Below are positions 8,537-16,661 of a DNA stretch of 64,000 nt, in pieces. Numbering within the stretch: position 1 is the stretch's first letter; every line of letters starts with the position of its first letter. This DNA is from a virus. Made by a program: the position numbers and the translations under genes. The stretch lies in IMG/VR virus record IMGVR_UViG_3300008050_000019. One strand, 5' to 3'. The notes under the pieces are model-generated. The model was not told the DNA's origin. It worked only from the letters and a program-made list of their open reading frames with translations, and searched no databases.

Positions 8537-8614
8537 AGGCTCACTCCTGATAAACCGGATATTTTATAATATAACCCCTTATTTTAATAAGGCCGGTTTA
8601 TCAGGAGTGAGCCT
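8537..8614. repeat. Hairpin repeat element, copy 2 (22-bp arms 8537-8558 / 8593-8614, 34-nt loop)
   Basis: AGGCTCACTCCTGATAAACCGG and its exact reverse complement. The loop is nearly identical to copy 1. It sits between convergent genes. Confidence 0.85.
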
Positions 8615-8651
8615 AGAAACAACCATGACACTTCATGATTAAAGGCAGGAA

Positions 8652-8960
8652 TCATTTATAATTATCAATGATAAATTGCTGCTGTGCGTACATCATTGAT
8701 TTAAGGCTACGGATATGTAATTCATATCGCTCTATTGTAGCCTCAACAATCTTTATAGGCGGAATGACGTCAATTTCAACTTCAACTCCCCGATCATATG
8801 CAGGGTCACCTCTGTAGGTGTATCCCTCTATGACATCGTCTATATAACAATCTTCAGATTCTTTGTAAAGAGAGGCATCGCCTGGATGAATCCAAGCATA
8901 CTCCCAGTCGACCGGACCAGAGCGAGAATTAACTTTGTAGCGTGTCCACACTACAGCCAC
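8652..8960 (-). CDS. hypothetical protein (GTG start)
   Basis: ORF track. Confidence 0.6.
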   Translation of the reverse strand: MAVVWTRYKVNSRSGPVDWEYAWIHPGDASLYKESEDCYIDDVIEGYTYRGDPAYDRGVEVEIDVIPPIKIVEATIERYELHIRSLKSMMYAQQQFIIDNYK

Positions 8961-9109
8961 TCATCACGAGTTGACGCAAATCTATCACGGTTTCTATAAA
9001 CCCACGCCTCAGCCTTTCTAACTCTTCTAAGGCCTAGCCAATTAGAAGCATCGTGTAAGCCAAATGCCGATATCCCTGTAAGGGTAAGGATGGTAAGAAA
9101 AATAGTCAT
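8951..9109 (-). CDS. small membrane protein (52 aa, below track cutoff)
   Basis: Hand translation MTIFLTILTLTGISAFGL.... GGAG lies 5 nt upstream of the ATG. The stop overlaps the start of 8652..8960. Confidence 0.35.
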   Translation of the reverse strand: MTIFLTILTLTGISAFGLHDASNWLGLRRVRKAEAWVYRNRDRFASTRDEWL

Positions 9110-9135
9110 AAAATCTCCAGTGAGTTGTTAACTCG

Positions 9136-9384
9136 TTAATGGGCAGCTTTGTTTGGTGCTAATTTGCAACACTGACGTGCCCTGTAGTTAAGGATATGAA
9201 CCCCAAATTTAGAATAAACCCAATGCACGTATGAGGTGGGCTCACCTCTAGCAGCATAGGATGAGGGTGGCAAAGCGTTTCGTAAAAGAACAATAATAAC
9301 ATCACCTTCACTAAAGAAGGCTTGCTTATACATGAACCGTTTCTGGGGTGTGAGGACTGCCCCAACTTCGAATGTATTACTCAT
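9136..9384 (-). CDS. hypothetical protein (GD[VLI] small-protein family?)
   Basis: ORF track, FSEGDVIIV motif. The alternative-frame ORF 9159..9365 is rejected. Confidence 0.5.
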   Translation of the reverse strand: MSNTFEVGAVLTPQKRFMYKQAFFSEGDVIIVLLRNALPPSSYAARGEPTSYVHWVYSKFGVHILNYRARQCCKLAPNKAAH

Positions 9385-9677
9385 GTCATGCCATCAAACA
9401 TAGAAGCAAATTTACTGTAATTTGCAATAACCCAATCACATGAATTAACCCAACCAGCAGGCGTTTCATAAACCTCATCAGCCCAGGGGTTTAAATACGT
9501 CAATAAAAAGATTGCTACGCCATGCTCAAAAGGTATTCCAGCATCTTTCCAGTCACGTTTGTATGAATAGCACTTATCAGCATGGCAACTTACTATACCT
9601 GGACATCGATTAAAGTCGCCGCCAGCTAGACTTAAAAAAGCAGGAAAATTTCTATCGAGCCATTTGTAGTGATTCAT
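9381..9677 (-). CDS. hypothetical protein
   Basis: ORF track, 4-nt overlap with the downstream gene. Confidence 0.6.
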   Translation of the reverse strand: MNHYKWLDRNFPAFLSLAGGDFNRCPGIVSCHADKCYSYKRDWKDAGIPFEHGVAIFLLTYLNPWADEVYETPAGWVNSCDWVIANYSKFASMFDGMT

Positions 9678-9684
9678 ATAAATA

Positions 9685-9711
9685 TATTATAACATCAGAT
9701 GACAGGATACA
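9685..9711 (-). promoter_or_regulatory. promoter-like motif variant (TATTATA-N13-GGATACA)
   Basis: Upstream of the 9677 start. Weaker match to the motif family. Confidence 0.25.
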
Positions 9712-9714
9712 CTT

Positions 9715-10002
9715 TTATTTTAACGATGAAATTAGCCTGTAGTATGACATGTCAGCTATAACATTAATAATACTACTCTGGTGAATAAAATGTGTTGATG
9801 TTGTGTTCCAGTGAAATGTGCCTGCGGGCTTAATATCAGCAAACAAAAATATAAGAGGTGAATTGACAGGGATAAGATCGTCAGAAGCATGGATCTTATT
9901 TTGAAATAGACCTACCTGTGAGCTATATAAATCGACAGCACTGATTAATACAACAACATCACCAAATTTTAATGGAGCACTTTTACAGTTATGCAAGCTC
10001 AC
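9715..10002 (-). CDS. hypothetical protein (GDL-family small protein)
   Basis: PLKFGDVVVL motif. Confidence 0.55.
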   Translation of the reverse strand: MSLHNCKSAPLKFGDVVVLISAVDLYSSQVGLFQNKIHASDDLIPVNSPLIFLFADIKPAGTFHWNTTSTHFIHQSSIINVIADMSYYRLISSLK

Positions 10003-10487
10003 TTCTCCCCCAGGGTGCGCCGGTATCTCTTAATGTCTGTTTCGCGAAGCTCATTGATAATACCACGTTCCTGTTCAGTAATACCCTCAGTAACATCTGG
10101 TACTGGCGCACTTTTCTTGACCTCAGGTTCTTCAATCTCTACGATATATAGCTTAAACTCTCTAACAAGCCTGCTTGACAATTTCGACTTAAGTATGCTT
10201 CCGAGCTTAAGTTCAAGACTGTAACCGACAAGTGCATCGTCATAGTCTGACATAGTTGTTTTATAATGTAAGTGCACAAGTGTGTCGTCATCAAGGTGGC
10301 ACATCTCATCCGCAACATGTTCTAAATGCTTATGCATTGTTAACGTAGACCAAGCGATATTGTTAAGTTCTGATGCTAAATGGTACTTAGTTTTGAACTT
10401 TTTCCGATCTCGAAAATATGAATTGTATATTACGACAGTCGTCACGCCAAGTGAATAAGCTGCGATAATCGCTGGTATAATAAACAT
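9999..10487 (-). CDS. hypothetical membrane-anchored protein
   Basis: N-terminal hydrophobic segment MFIIPAIIAAYSLGVTTVVIY. Confidence 0.65.
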   Translation of the reverse strand: MFIIPAIIAAYSLGVTTVVIYNSYFRDRKKFKTKYHLASELNNIAWSTLTMHKHLEHVADEMCHLDDDTLVHLHYKTTMSDYDDALVGYSLELKLGSILKSKLSSRLVREFKLYIVEIEEPEVKKSAPVPDVTEGITEQERGIINELRETDIKRYRRTLGEK

Positions 10488-10837
10488 TATTCTGATTCCG
10501 TGGTCTTAAGTTGGGCCATTTCAAGCTTGAGCAACCTAAGCTCTTCTTCTACACGGGTCAAGCGGTTAATCATGCGGTAATGTACCTGATGAGGCTTATC
10601 ATCTAACCAATCGCTGATTGCTGACTGCTTGTTCCCGTTACAAAAATGGTCCCAGTAACCGTCCAGTTCTTTAGAAGTAAGATCATCTCCGATGAACTCA
10701 TGCGTAACGTCAGGTAAGCGATCGCAGATCGCTTCCCAAAAAGCAGTCGTCTCGCCGCCGTGCACTCTTAGAAATTGAGACCACAAAGACGTATTTCTTC
10801 GTGAATCCTTCAGCCTAGGGTTTTCTTTAACTGACAT
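10487..10837 (-). CDS. hypothetical protein
   Basis: ORF track, tight junction with neighbours. Confidence 0.65.
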   Translation of the reverse strand: MSVKENPRLKDSRRNTSLWSQFLRVHGGETTAFWEAICDRLPDVTHEFIGDDLTSKELDGYWDHFCNGNKQSAISDWLDDKPHQVHYRMINRLTRVEEELRLLKLEMAQLKTTESE

Positions 10838-10849
10838 ATCATTGTTCCT

Positions 10850-11332
10850 TTAGATTATAAGTTTTTCAATGCGCGTAAATTTTTTATTTAGAGCATGTAA
10901 TGCTGTTTCTAAATCTTCTATACACTCGCTATCGAATGCGCCGCAAATGAATAACTGATCAGACAATTTCTCCATCCAAGGTTCCAAAAGAACTAGTTCT
11001 GAATGGGCTCCACTATATGTGAATTTGCTGCCTGTGTGCAGTGTGGTTATGTGACCGTTGACTAAACTTACTCGCTCTGCATCTGTTACTTGCTCGCTGT
11101 TAAAATTCCACCCATACTCATATGAGTGAACCACAGGAGAAAATCCAGACAATATACTTTGACTATCCTCCAACTCAAAAGACTCAAAATTTGTAACGAT
11201 AACATTATCATAATCGCTCGCGATTAAATGTTGATAAACATCAATCAGAACATGGGGGTATGATTTACCCTGTGCTGCCATACACTCAGCCCACATAGCT
11301 TGCATGTGATGTATAATGATTGTTTTTGTCAT
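10850..11332 (-). CDS. hypothetical protein
   Basis: ORF track. Confidence 0.65.
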   Translation of the reverse strand: MTKTIIIHHMQAMWAECMAAQGKSYPHVLIDVYQHLIASDYDNVIVTNFESFELEDSQSILSGFSPVVHSYEYGWNFNSEQVTDAERVSLVNGHITTLHTGSKFTYSGAHSELVLLEPWMEKLSDQLFICGAFDSECIEDLETALHALNKKFTRIEKLII

Positions 11333-12057
11333 TTTAGCTTCTCTAAACCACTCAGGCTAAGGATTCGTTGATCAAATGGTACATGAATAATTTTGCCATT
11401 TACGAAGATCACTGCGATATACCTGTGATGAAGAATCTTATCAAAGAACCACACCTTTCCCTTTCGGGGAGATTTTGTACACCCTAAATAGATAAAGGGA
11501 GTGCCACTCTTAATAGAGAATTCCTCATTGTTATACCCGCGCCGAGATTTACTAGAATAGTTCTCGCCGCTGGGGGTTTTACCATAATATAACTGTTCAC
11601 GAAGCTGGCCAATGGTATTAACCTTGATTGCGTCATTGATCTTAGTCTTTGATCTAAAATCACCACCAGGTGGTGATTTTTTTTCACTACGGCCCAGCCT
11701 ATCGTAATCAGCCAATAGCGTAGCAGCATACTCAGTGCCTTTAGCGTTGATAGAAATTCTATCTTTTTCCCATGTTATAAGATCCGCATATGCTCCACGA
11801 TAAAACTTTTTGTGCGTCGCCCGAGCGCCATAAAAACAACCTTTGTAGTTATAAAATGGCATAGAAGAGCCTGGTGCGTAAATTCCTTGCTGCTTTTTCC
11901 ACCGGCGATACGCATCGGCTATGTCCTTAACCTTTAGAGAAGCTTCTGGACCCATGGTTGCAATGTAGATTAAAAACCATTGCTGCGCCGAAATACCTTT
12001 TACACCTCTCGCAGAATAGACTAAAGAGTATGGATCAAAGTTAGTTATATCAGCCAT
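11329..12057 (-). CDS. hypothetical protein
   Basis: ORF track. The inner ORF 11484..11729 is rejected. Confidence 0.7.
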   Translation of the reverse strand: MADITNFDPYSLVYSARGVKGISAQQWFLIYIATMGPEASLKVKDIADAYRRWKKQQGIYAPGSSMPFYNYKGCFYGARATHKKFYRGAYADLITWEKDRISINAKGTEYAATLLADYDRLGRSEKKSPPGGDFRSKTKINDAIKVNTIGQLREQLYYGKTPSGENYSSKSRRGYNNEEFSIKSGTPFIYLGCTKSPRKGKVWFFDKILHHRYIAVIFVNGKIIHVPFDQRILSLSGLEKLK

Positions 12058-12100
12058 TAATTAATTTTACCACTTATAATCCGCGATTAGAACTCTTTTG

Positions 12101-12421
12101 TTACTTAGTGGCTACAACAATATTTCGCTTGCATCCTTTATCCCAAGCTCTCATTTTGCACTTGATACTCATATACGCTGGGCATCCAGTTTTTGCTGGA
12201 ATATTTGCATCGCATGTAAGATATCCGTCACCATCGGAATCATATGTTGTGCATGATACTCCCGTGACATCCTTTACACCTAATGTATGAAGATATGATC
12301 TTGCTTCCTTCTCAACTTCAGCTGCTGGCCAACGATTCCAAGTTATATACCCAAAAACCACTGCAGGCACTGGCGTTAAAACTAGAAGTACTAGTGCAGC
12401 TGCTATCACTTTATTTCTCAA
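12101..12421 (-). CDS. hypothetical secreted or membrane-anchored Cys-rich protein
   Basis: N-terminal hydrophobic VIAAALVLLVLTPVPAVVFGY. Confidence 0.6.
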   Translation of the reverse strand: MRNKVIAAALVLLVLTPVPAVVFGYITWNRWPAAEVEKEARSYLHTLGVKDVTGVSCTTYDSDGDGYLTCDANIPAKTGCPAYMSIKCKMRAWDKGCKRNIVVATK

Positions 12422-12432
12422 AATATTTTCTC

Positions 12433-12693
12433 CTAGGCGCTTGGCCTAATAAAGGCCTTAGGCCTGTTTTTTGTAACAAAAGATGCTTGCTTCCAGCCAT
12501 GGTCTAAACTCCAAACCTCAACAGACTCTTTGTCTGTCACATACATTAAAGAGTCTACATAATCATGTGGTCCGATCGCCCCTTGATCGAGGAACACTTC
12601 ATACATATCAAATGCTCTCTGTAATGCATCCGGCTCAGAGACTGCTTCTATTACATGCCTCTTGTTACCAAAGAATGTTACGTAAAAGCTCAT
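12433..12693 (-). CDS. hypothetical protein
   Basis: ORF track. Confidence 0.6.
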   Translation of the reverse strand: MSFYVTFFGNKRHVIEAVSEPDALQRAFDMYEVFLDQGAIGPHDYVDSLMYVTDKESVEVWSLDHGWKQASFVTKNRPKAFIRPSA

Positions 12694-12797
12694 GAAATCT
12701 TCTTTATGAATGAACTAATTATAAATGCTATATACACTGGATCAATTGCATAAGCAAATGTTAGTAATAACGCTATGTCATATTCCATTGAAATCAT
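12690..12797 (-). CDS. possible 35-aa hydrophobic micro-protein
   Basis: MISMEYDIALLLTFAYAIDPVYIAFIISSFIKKIS, with an ATGA stop/start overlap with 12433..12693. No clear SD. Confidence 0.25.
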   Translation of the reverse strand: MISMEYDIALLLTFAYAIDPVYIAFIISSFIKKIS

Positions 12798-12829
12798 TTT
12801 AATAATTTTATCACATTTATAATCTTTTA

Positions 12830-14218
12830 TTACCAAAGATCTTCTGAAAATAAATTTGGCGGGTGAGCCAGACTAAAAATCTGCTTTCCTGCGAGAGCTA
12901 TAATACCTGCCTCTTTACGATCTACGTACGTGCCACCGACTGTAACGAATCCTTGTCTTGGGCCGTGTAGTCTAGTCGTGTCTATACCCTTAGCATGCAT
13001 ATAATGGAGAATATTATGATGCCTGTTAGGCTGCGGAAGTGACCATACTTTTCCCGTCTCGTCTTTCACAGCAGCTTGCTTAATCATTGCAGCGCCCAAT
13101 AAGAGACGGAGCGCGGGCAGCTTTATATCATATTCAATTACTTTACGACGAATGTCTGCACCCACCTTATCTCCTGTAAAATGTGCCATTAACAATGGAA
13201 ACAGCTTCGGTTGTGCATAACTCTTCAGCGTATTAGCTAACTCTCCGCGTGTCCATGTATTATCATATAACACAGAAAAATCTGCAAGTGCATTGTCAAT
13301 GAGTGCCTTGTTTTCTTTGCGCATCTTGCAAATTGCGCTAAATGTTGGCTCGATGAAGTCAACGACTTCCCAATCATGTCCTGCAGCATACATATATGCA
13401 CTTAGCTTCTCTAAAGTGTCGATTTTATGTATTATGCAAAGTTCTTTGATATATTTTGGTGTTGCCTTCGAACGAAGATGGTGAAGTCTCATATACCATG
13501 AGCTTTTGAACTTCATCAATGTTACAGTACCAGCGGGACCTATCGCCCAGCCTACGACACCCTCAGAGTCATCAAATTCTCTGACGTCAGATTTTATCTT
13601 TTGAAGATCACCAGATAGTGTCTCATTGATTACAGGCGTTTTAATACCTGCATCACGAAAAAGCTCATCGCATAACCGAACTTCAAGAGCATCTCCATCC
13701 CATTTTACGCGAGCAAGACCCACGAGATCATGTTCATTGTACTTTATAATAATTCTATTTGAAGGTCCGACATACTCAAAAAGCATTGAACCCTCAGAAG
13801 ACCATGATGGGTCAAGAAGTAAAGGATACTTGGCAAGCACTTTTTCAACGCCCTTAGAAACATTCTCAGCCAGCACTTCACAGCCCCGTGTTCTAAAGTT
13901 GACGAGGCCGTCGATTACTGAGCGGATTATTAATGATCCGTCAAGCTTCTCTGGCAATATAACATTACCTGCAGCATGATAAGTATCAAACTCTTTATCA
14001 AGAGTAGGCCTTTCAGTGTAGTTGAAAAACTTTGGAAACCCAGAGGAAAGTATCGTTCCATCAGGGCGAGTCATGACAGAACGAAGGTGATATTCGTCTG
14101 GACCCCATTCGTGCATCACCTTATGTGGAACAATTACAACAACATCACCGATACCAGGAATGTGGCGGTTGTTTGTATAAAATCTTGACGTATCAATATT
14201 TGGTATATTTATCTTCAT
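12830..14218 (-). CDS. Rnl1-like RNA ligase with about 130-aa C-terminal extension
   Basis: Nucleotidyltransferase motif I EKLDGSL, motif IV EGVVGW, motif V MKFKSSWY. The track start (TTG at 14251) lies inside a hairpin, so ATG 14218 (MKINIP) is preferred. Confidence 0.6.
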   Translation of the reverse strand: MKINIPNIDTSRFYTNNRHIPGIGDVVVIVPHKVMHEWGPDEYHLRSVMTRPDGTILSSGFPKFFNYTERPTLDKEFDTYHAAGNVILPEKLDGSLIIRSVIDGLVNFRTRGCEVLAENVSKGVEKVLAKYPLLLDPSWSSEGSMLFEYVGPSNRIIIKYNEHDLVGLARVKWDGDALEVRLCDELFRDAGIKTPVINETLSGDLQKIKSDVREFDDSEGVVGWAIGPAGTVTLMKFKSSWYMRLHHLRSKATPKYIKELCIIHKIDTLEKLSAYMYAAGHDWEVVDFIEPTFSAICKMRKENKALIDNALADFSVLYDNTWTRGELANTLKSYAQPKLFPLLMAHFTGDKVGADIRRKVIEYDIKLPALRLLLGAAMIKQAAVKDETGKVWSLPQPNRHHNILHYMHAKGIDTTRLHGPRQGFVTVGGTYVDRKEAGIIALAGKQIFSLAHPPNLFSEDLW

Positions 14219-14253
14219 CGTTGGACCGAGTATTATTATAACTCGGTCCAACG
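14219..14253 (-). promoter_or_regulatory. 13-bp GC-rich stem-loop abutting the RNA ligase start codon
   Basis: CGTTGGACCGAGT / ACTCGGTCCAACG with a 9-nt loop and no U-tract. It lies between the stop at 14270 and the ATG at 14218. Confidence 0.45.
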
Positions 14254-14269
14254 ACTAAAGACACATATA

Positions 14270-15256
14270 TTATTCTTCTGTTTCTGGCCCTGTTTCTTCT
14301 ACTTCTGCATTTTCATCTGCATCATGCCAAATGATGCCTGGACAATACCCATCTTTAGCTGCCTTAACATACGTAATGAAAAATCCGATGAACTCTTTAA
14401 GCGCGGATGGCTTTGAATGATGGTTGTCCCTATATCGGTCATATAAGGTTATGCAAAGAGCAATTATCGCAATTATCGCAATTATCGCAGCAATAACCGC
14501 TGTAGACCAGATGATAATTGAAAAAAATGAGGGCCAAGTCATCTTTAAGATAAACGTGTATATGTCAGATCCAAACCGCATAAGTACAAACCCTATGAAA
14601 ATTCCCACAGCTGTACACACAACATAGGCAAGCCCATAGACAATATATCTTGTGTACTTTATGATGGTCATAAAAATGTTCATTCTGGTTGCAGCTGCTT
14701 TTTTAGCTTTCTCTTGTCTTGCTTTTGCTTCTTTAAATGACGCATTTAACCTCTCTTTAAATGGTCCTTTCAAAGCCTCGAAGATCTCTTTATGATCTTC
14801 ATTTTCATCCAGCCATATGTTTAGAATCCGTTGAAGAGCATGGCGGTTTATGACATCTCCGTCTTCATCTAGTTCATGAAATATACTATGGTATGTGTTA
14901 CACCAGCGAAAATCGTACACATTTAACAACCAGTGTATACGATACGCTTGCTGGTTGGTCATTGTACTAAGTTCTTTGATAATGAAATTCTCCGTATTTC
15001 TAGCTGTCCTTAATGCAACGGCAGTTGTGAACCAATCGACGCAGTTCGCAACCTGATCAATCCACCAGAAAAATACATCGCGAATAATTCTTAACATTAA
15101 AACTGCTGGCGACGCTAACATGCAAAATACCGTTAGCCAAAAATATGGACAAAGGTTGCCAAAATTCGGTGGGCTTTTAAAAGTCCACTGCTGGAGTCTA
15201 TGGTGCCAAGCACCTCTTGTCAAATTTACTATCATATAGTGATTCCTTTTGAGCAA
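14270..15256 (-). CDS. polytopic membrane protein
   Basis: Several long hydrophobic segments. An in-frame 9-nt tandem repeat (gcaattatc x3, 14460-14486) encodes AIIAIIAIIA. Confidence 0.7.
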   Translation of the reverse strand: MLKRNHYMIVNLTRGAWHHRLQQWTFKSPPNFGNLCPYFWLTVFCMLASPAVLMLRIIRDVFFWWIDQVANCVDWFTTAVALRTARNTENFIIKELSTMTNQQAYRIHWLLNVYDFRWCNTYHSIFHELDEDGDVINRHALQRILNIWLDENEDHKEIFEALKGPFKERLNASFKEAKARQEKAKKAAATRMNIFMTIIKYTRYIVYGLAYVVCTAVGIFIGFVLMRFGSDIYTFILKMTWPSFFSIIIWSTAVIAAIIAIIAIIALCITLYDRYRDNHHSKPSALKEFIGFFITYVKAAKDGYCPGIIWHDADENAEVEETGPETEE

Positions 15257-15729
15257 TCTGTATATTGTTTTATATCTTGTATTGTCACAGTGTCAACGTC
15301 AGGAAAAACACACGAGACAAGAATTTCTAATGCGTACGCTTGCACGATTGCAATGTGGTTTGCATAACACAACTCGTATCCGAACTCCCACCCTTGATCT
15401 GACATCGAGGGTGACATTTCGCCACAATGATTATTGTCACCATAATAAAATGCATTTAAAACGTTATGTAATGATTCTGACGTTACTACTGGAACCAGGG
15501 GGTTGCCGCAAGTAGAGCAAAATTTTGCAAATGAAGAATAGCTCTTCCCGCAATGCTCTGAGGTTAAATATCCCTCATTTACTTCTAAGTAAGATGAATA
15601 AAAATCCTTCATGAACATACGGAGCATATCGGTGACTGTGTCAAAGCCATCTTGGTGAGTGATACTAAGCTCAGTTATCGCACCAGTCTCCGCGTAGCCG
15701 GGTTTTAATAAAATTTGATGAACTCTCAT
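15232..15729 (-). CDS. hypothetical protein with zinc-ribbon-like CxxC..CxxC
   Basis: HCGKSYSSFAKFCSTCGNPL. Confidence 0.6.
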   Translation of the reverse strand: MRVHQILLKPGYAETGAITELSITHQDGFDTVTDMLRMFMKDFYSSYLEVNEGYLTSEHCGKSYSSFAKFCSTCGNPLVPVVTSESLHNVLNAFYYGDNNHCGEMSPSMSDQGWEFGYELCYANHIAIVQAYALEILVSCVFPDVDTVTIQDIKQYTDCSKGITI

Positions 15730-15743
15730 TGATTAATAAATTA

Positions 15744-15769
15744 TATTACGAATTATTCATTTTAACACA
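15744..15769 (-). promoter_or_regulatory. promoter-like motif instance (TATTACG-N12-TAACACA)
   Basis: Lies 15 nt upstream of the 15729 start. Confidence 0.4.
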
Positions 15770-16088
15770 ATCTATTAATCAATTTGTGTTTAAGCGGAAT
15801 CTTGTTATACCCTGCAATAACGCAAAATTTACCATCTACAAAAACAACAAAGTCATAACGTGACCATTTTTCGTTGTATGATCTTCCTGAGCCTATATAC
15901 ACCATGATACCTACATTAGGTCTGCAATCAGAAAAGAGCTTGTAAGTAGTGGGGATGTACACTTCATCTTCCCACCCAACTAGATCTCTTCTATAGAGAC
16001 GGTGGACAGAGTTACATTCATGTGCGTCAGATTTATTTTGCCACACATTCTCTTGCAGAATGAACAAATCACCAGGTTTTAAAGCCAT
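15762..16088 (-). CDS. GDL-family small protein
   Basis: N-terminus MALKPGDLFIL. Confidence 0.55.
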   Translation of the reverse strand: MALKPGDLFILQENVWQNKSDAHECNSVHRLYRRDLVGWEDEVYIPTTYKLFSDCRPNVGIMVYIGSGRSYNEKWSRYDFVVFVDGKFCVIAGYNKIPLKHKLINRLC

Positions 16089-16134
16089 AACTCACCTACT
16101 ATCTCGTAGTTAAAGTCTTCGTCGGCAACACCGC

Positions 16135-16350
16135 TTAATATACAAAATCTGCCGTTAAAAAAACTGTTTCTTCTAAGATAAAGAAATTGGCAGGCGAGCC
16201 CAAATAAAGCATGCAACTTGGGTTCACCAATCTTACGTCCCATGGAAGCTTTGCATATTTTCTGAAGAGTGTATCATGTGAATCATGTGAATTGGGTGAC
16301 ATGTACAGGGACTCCCGTGGTATGAATAAATCGCCGAACTTCAAAGACAC
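16135..16350 (-). CDS. GDL-family small protein (GTG start preferred)
   Basis: VSLKFGDLFI aligns with the N-terminus of paralogue 15762..16088. The track ATG at 16392 would overlap the deaminase gene by 52 nt. Confidence 0.45.
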   Translation of the reverse strand: MSLKFGDLFIPRESLYMSPNSHDSHDTLFRKYAKLPWDVRLVNPSCMLYLGSPANFFILEETVFLTADFVY

Positions 16351-16661
16351 AGTCGCACCTTCAGCCCCCTCTTTCGAATTTGCATACAACAAATCCTACA
16401 AGGCTCTATTGGCGCGCACACTCCATCAAGCGTCCACCTTAAAATCTCGATGATATCGCCCTTTTTCGCTAATGGCAAAACACACGTCTCTGCATGCCTT
16501 GTCTCAGTCCGATACCCTTTGAACAAGGGATGCGTTTGTGACGTATTAACACCAATGCTTATGGGCGTCCGCTTTCTCCATAGAATTGCTGCGATATGAT
16601 ATATTTGACCATTCGCTAATGCTAACTGTTTAGCATTTTTATAGATTGATGGATATCTCAT
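16341..16661 (-). CDS. cytidine/dCMP deaminase-like zinc protein
   Basis: HAE ... PCRIC (H-A-E and P-C-x-x-C zinc-binding pair) with typical spacing. Confidence 0.55.
   Translation of the reverse strand: MRYPSIYKNAKQLALANGQIYHIAAILWRKRTPISIGVNTSQTHPLFKGYRTETRHAETCVLPLAKKGDIIEILRWTLDGVCAPIEPCRICCMQIRKRGLKVRLCL

Noticed and set aside
10850-11332. Possible isochorismatase/nicotinamidase-like protein (LFICGAFDSECIED)
   Set aside because: The C-terminal Cys motif is suggestive, but the N-terminal catalytic Asp context is absent (IIIHHMQAMW). The evidence is too weak to call.
12830-14251. Track start (TTG at 14251) for the RNA ligase
   Set aside because: The first 11 codons are encoded by the two arms of a 13-bp hairpin. 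An ATG (MKINIP) follows immediately at 14218.
16135-16392. ATG start at 16392 for the small GDL-family gene
   Set aside because: It would overlap the deaminase-like gene by 52 nt. The GTG at 16350 gives an N-terminus (VSLKFGDLF) that aligns with the paralogue MALKPGDLF.
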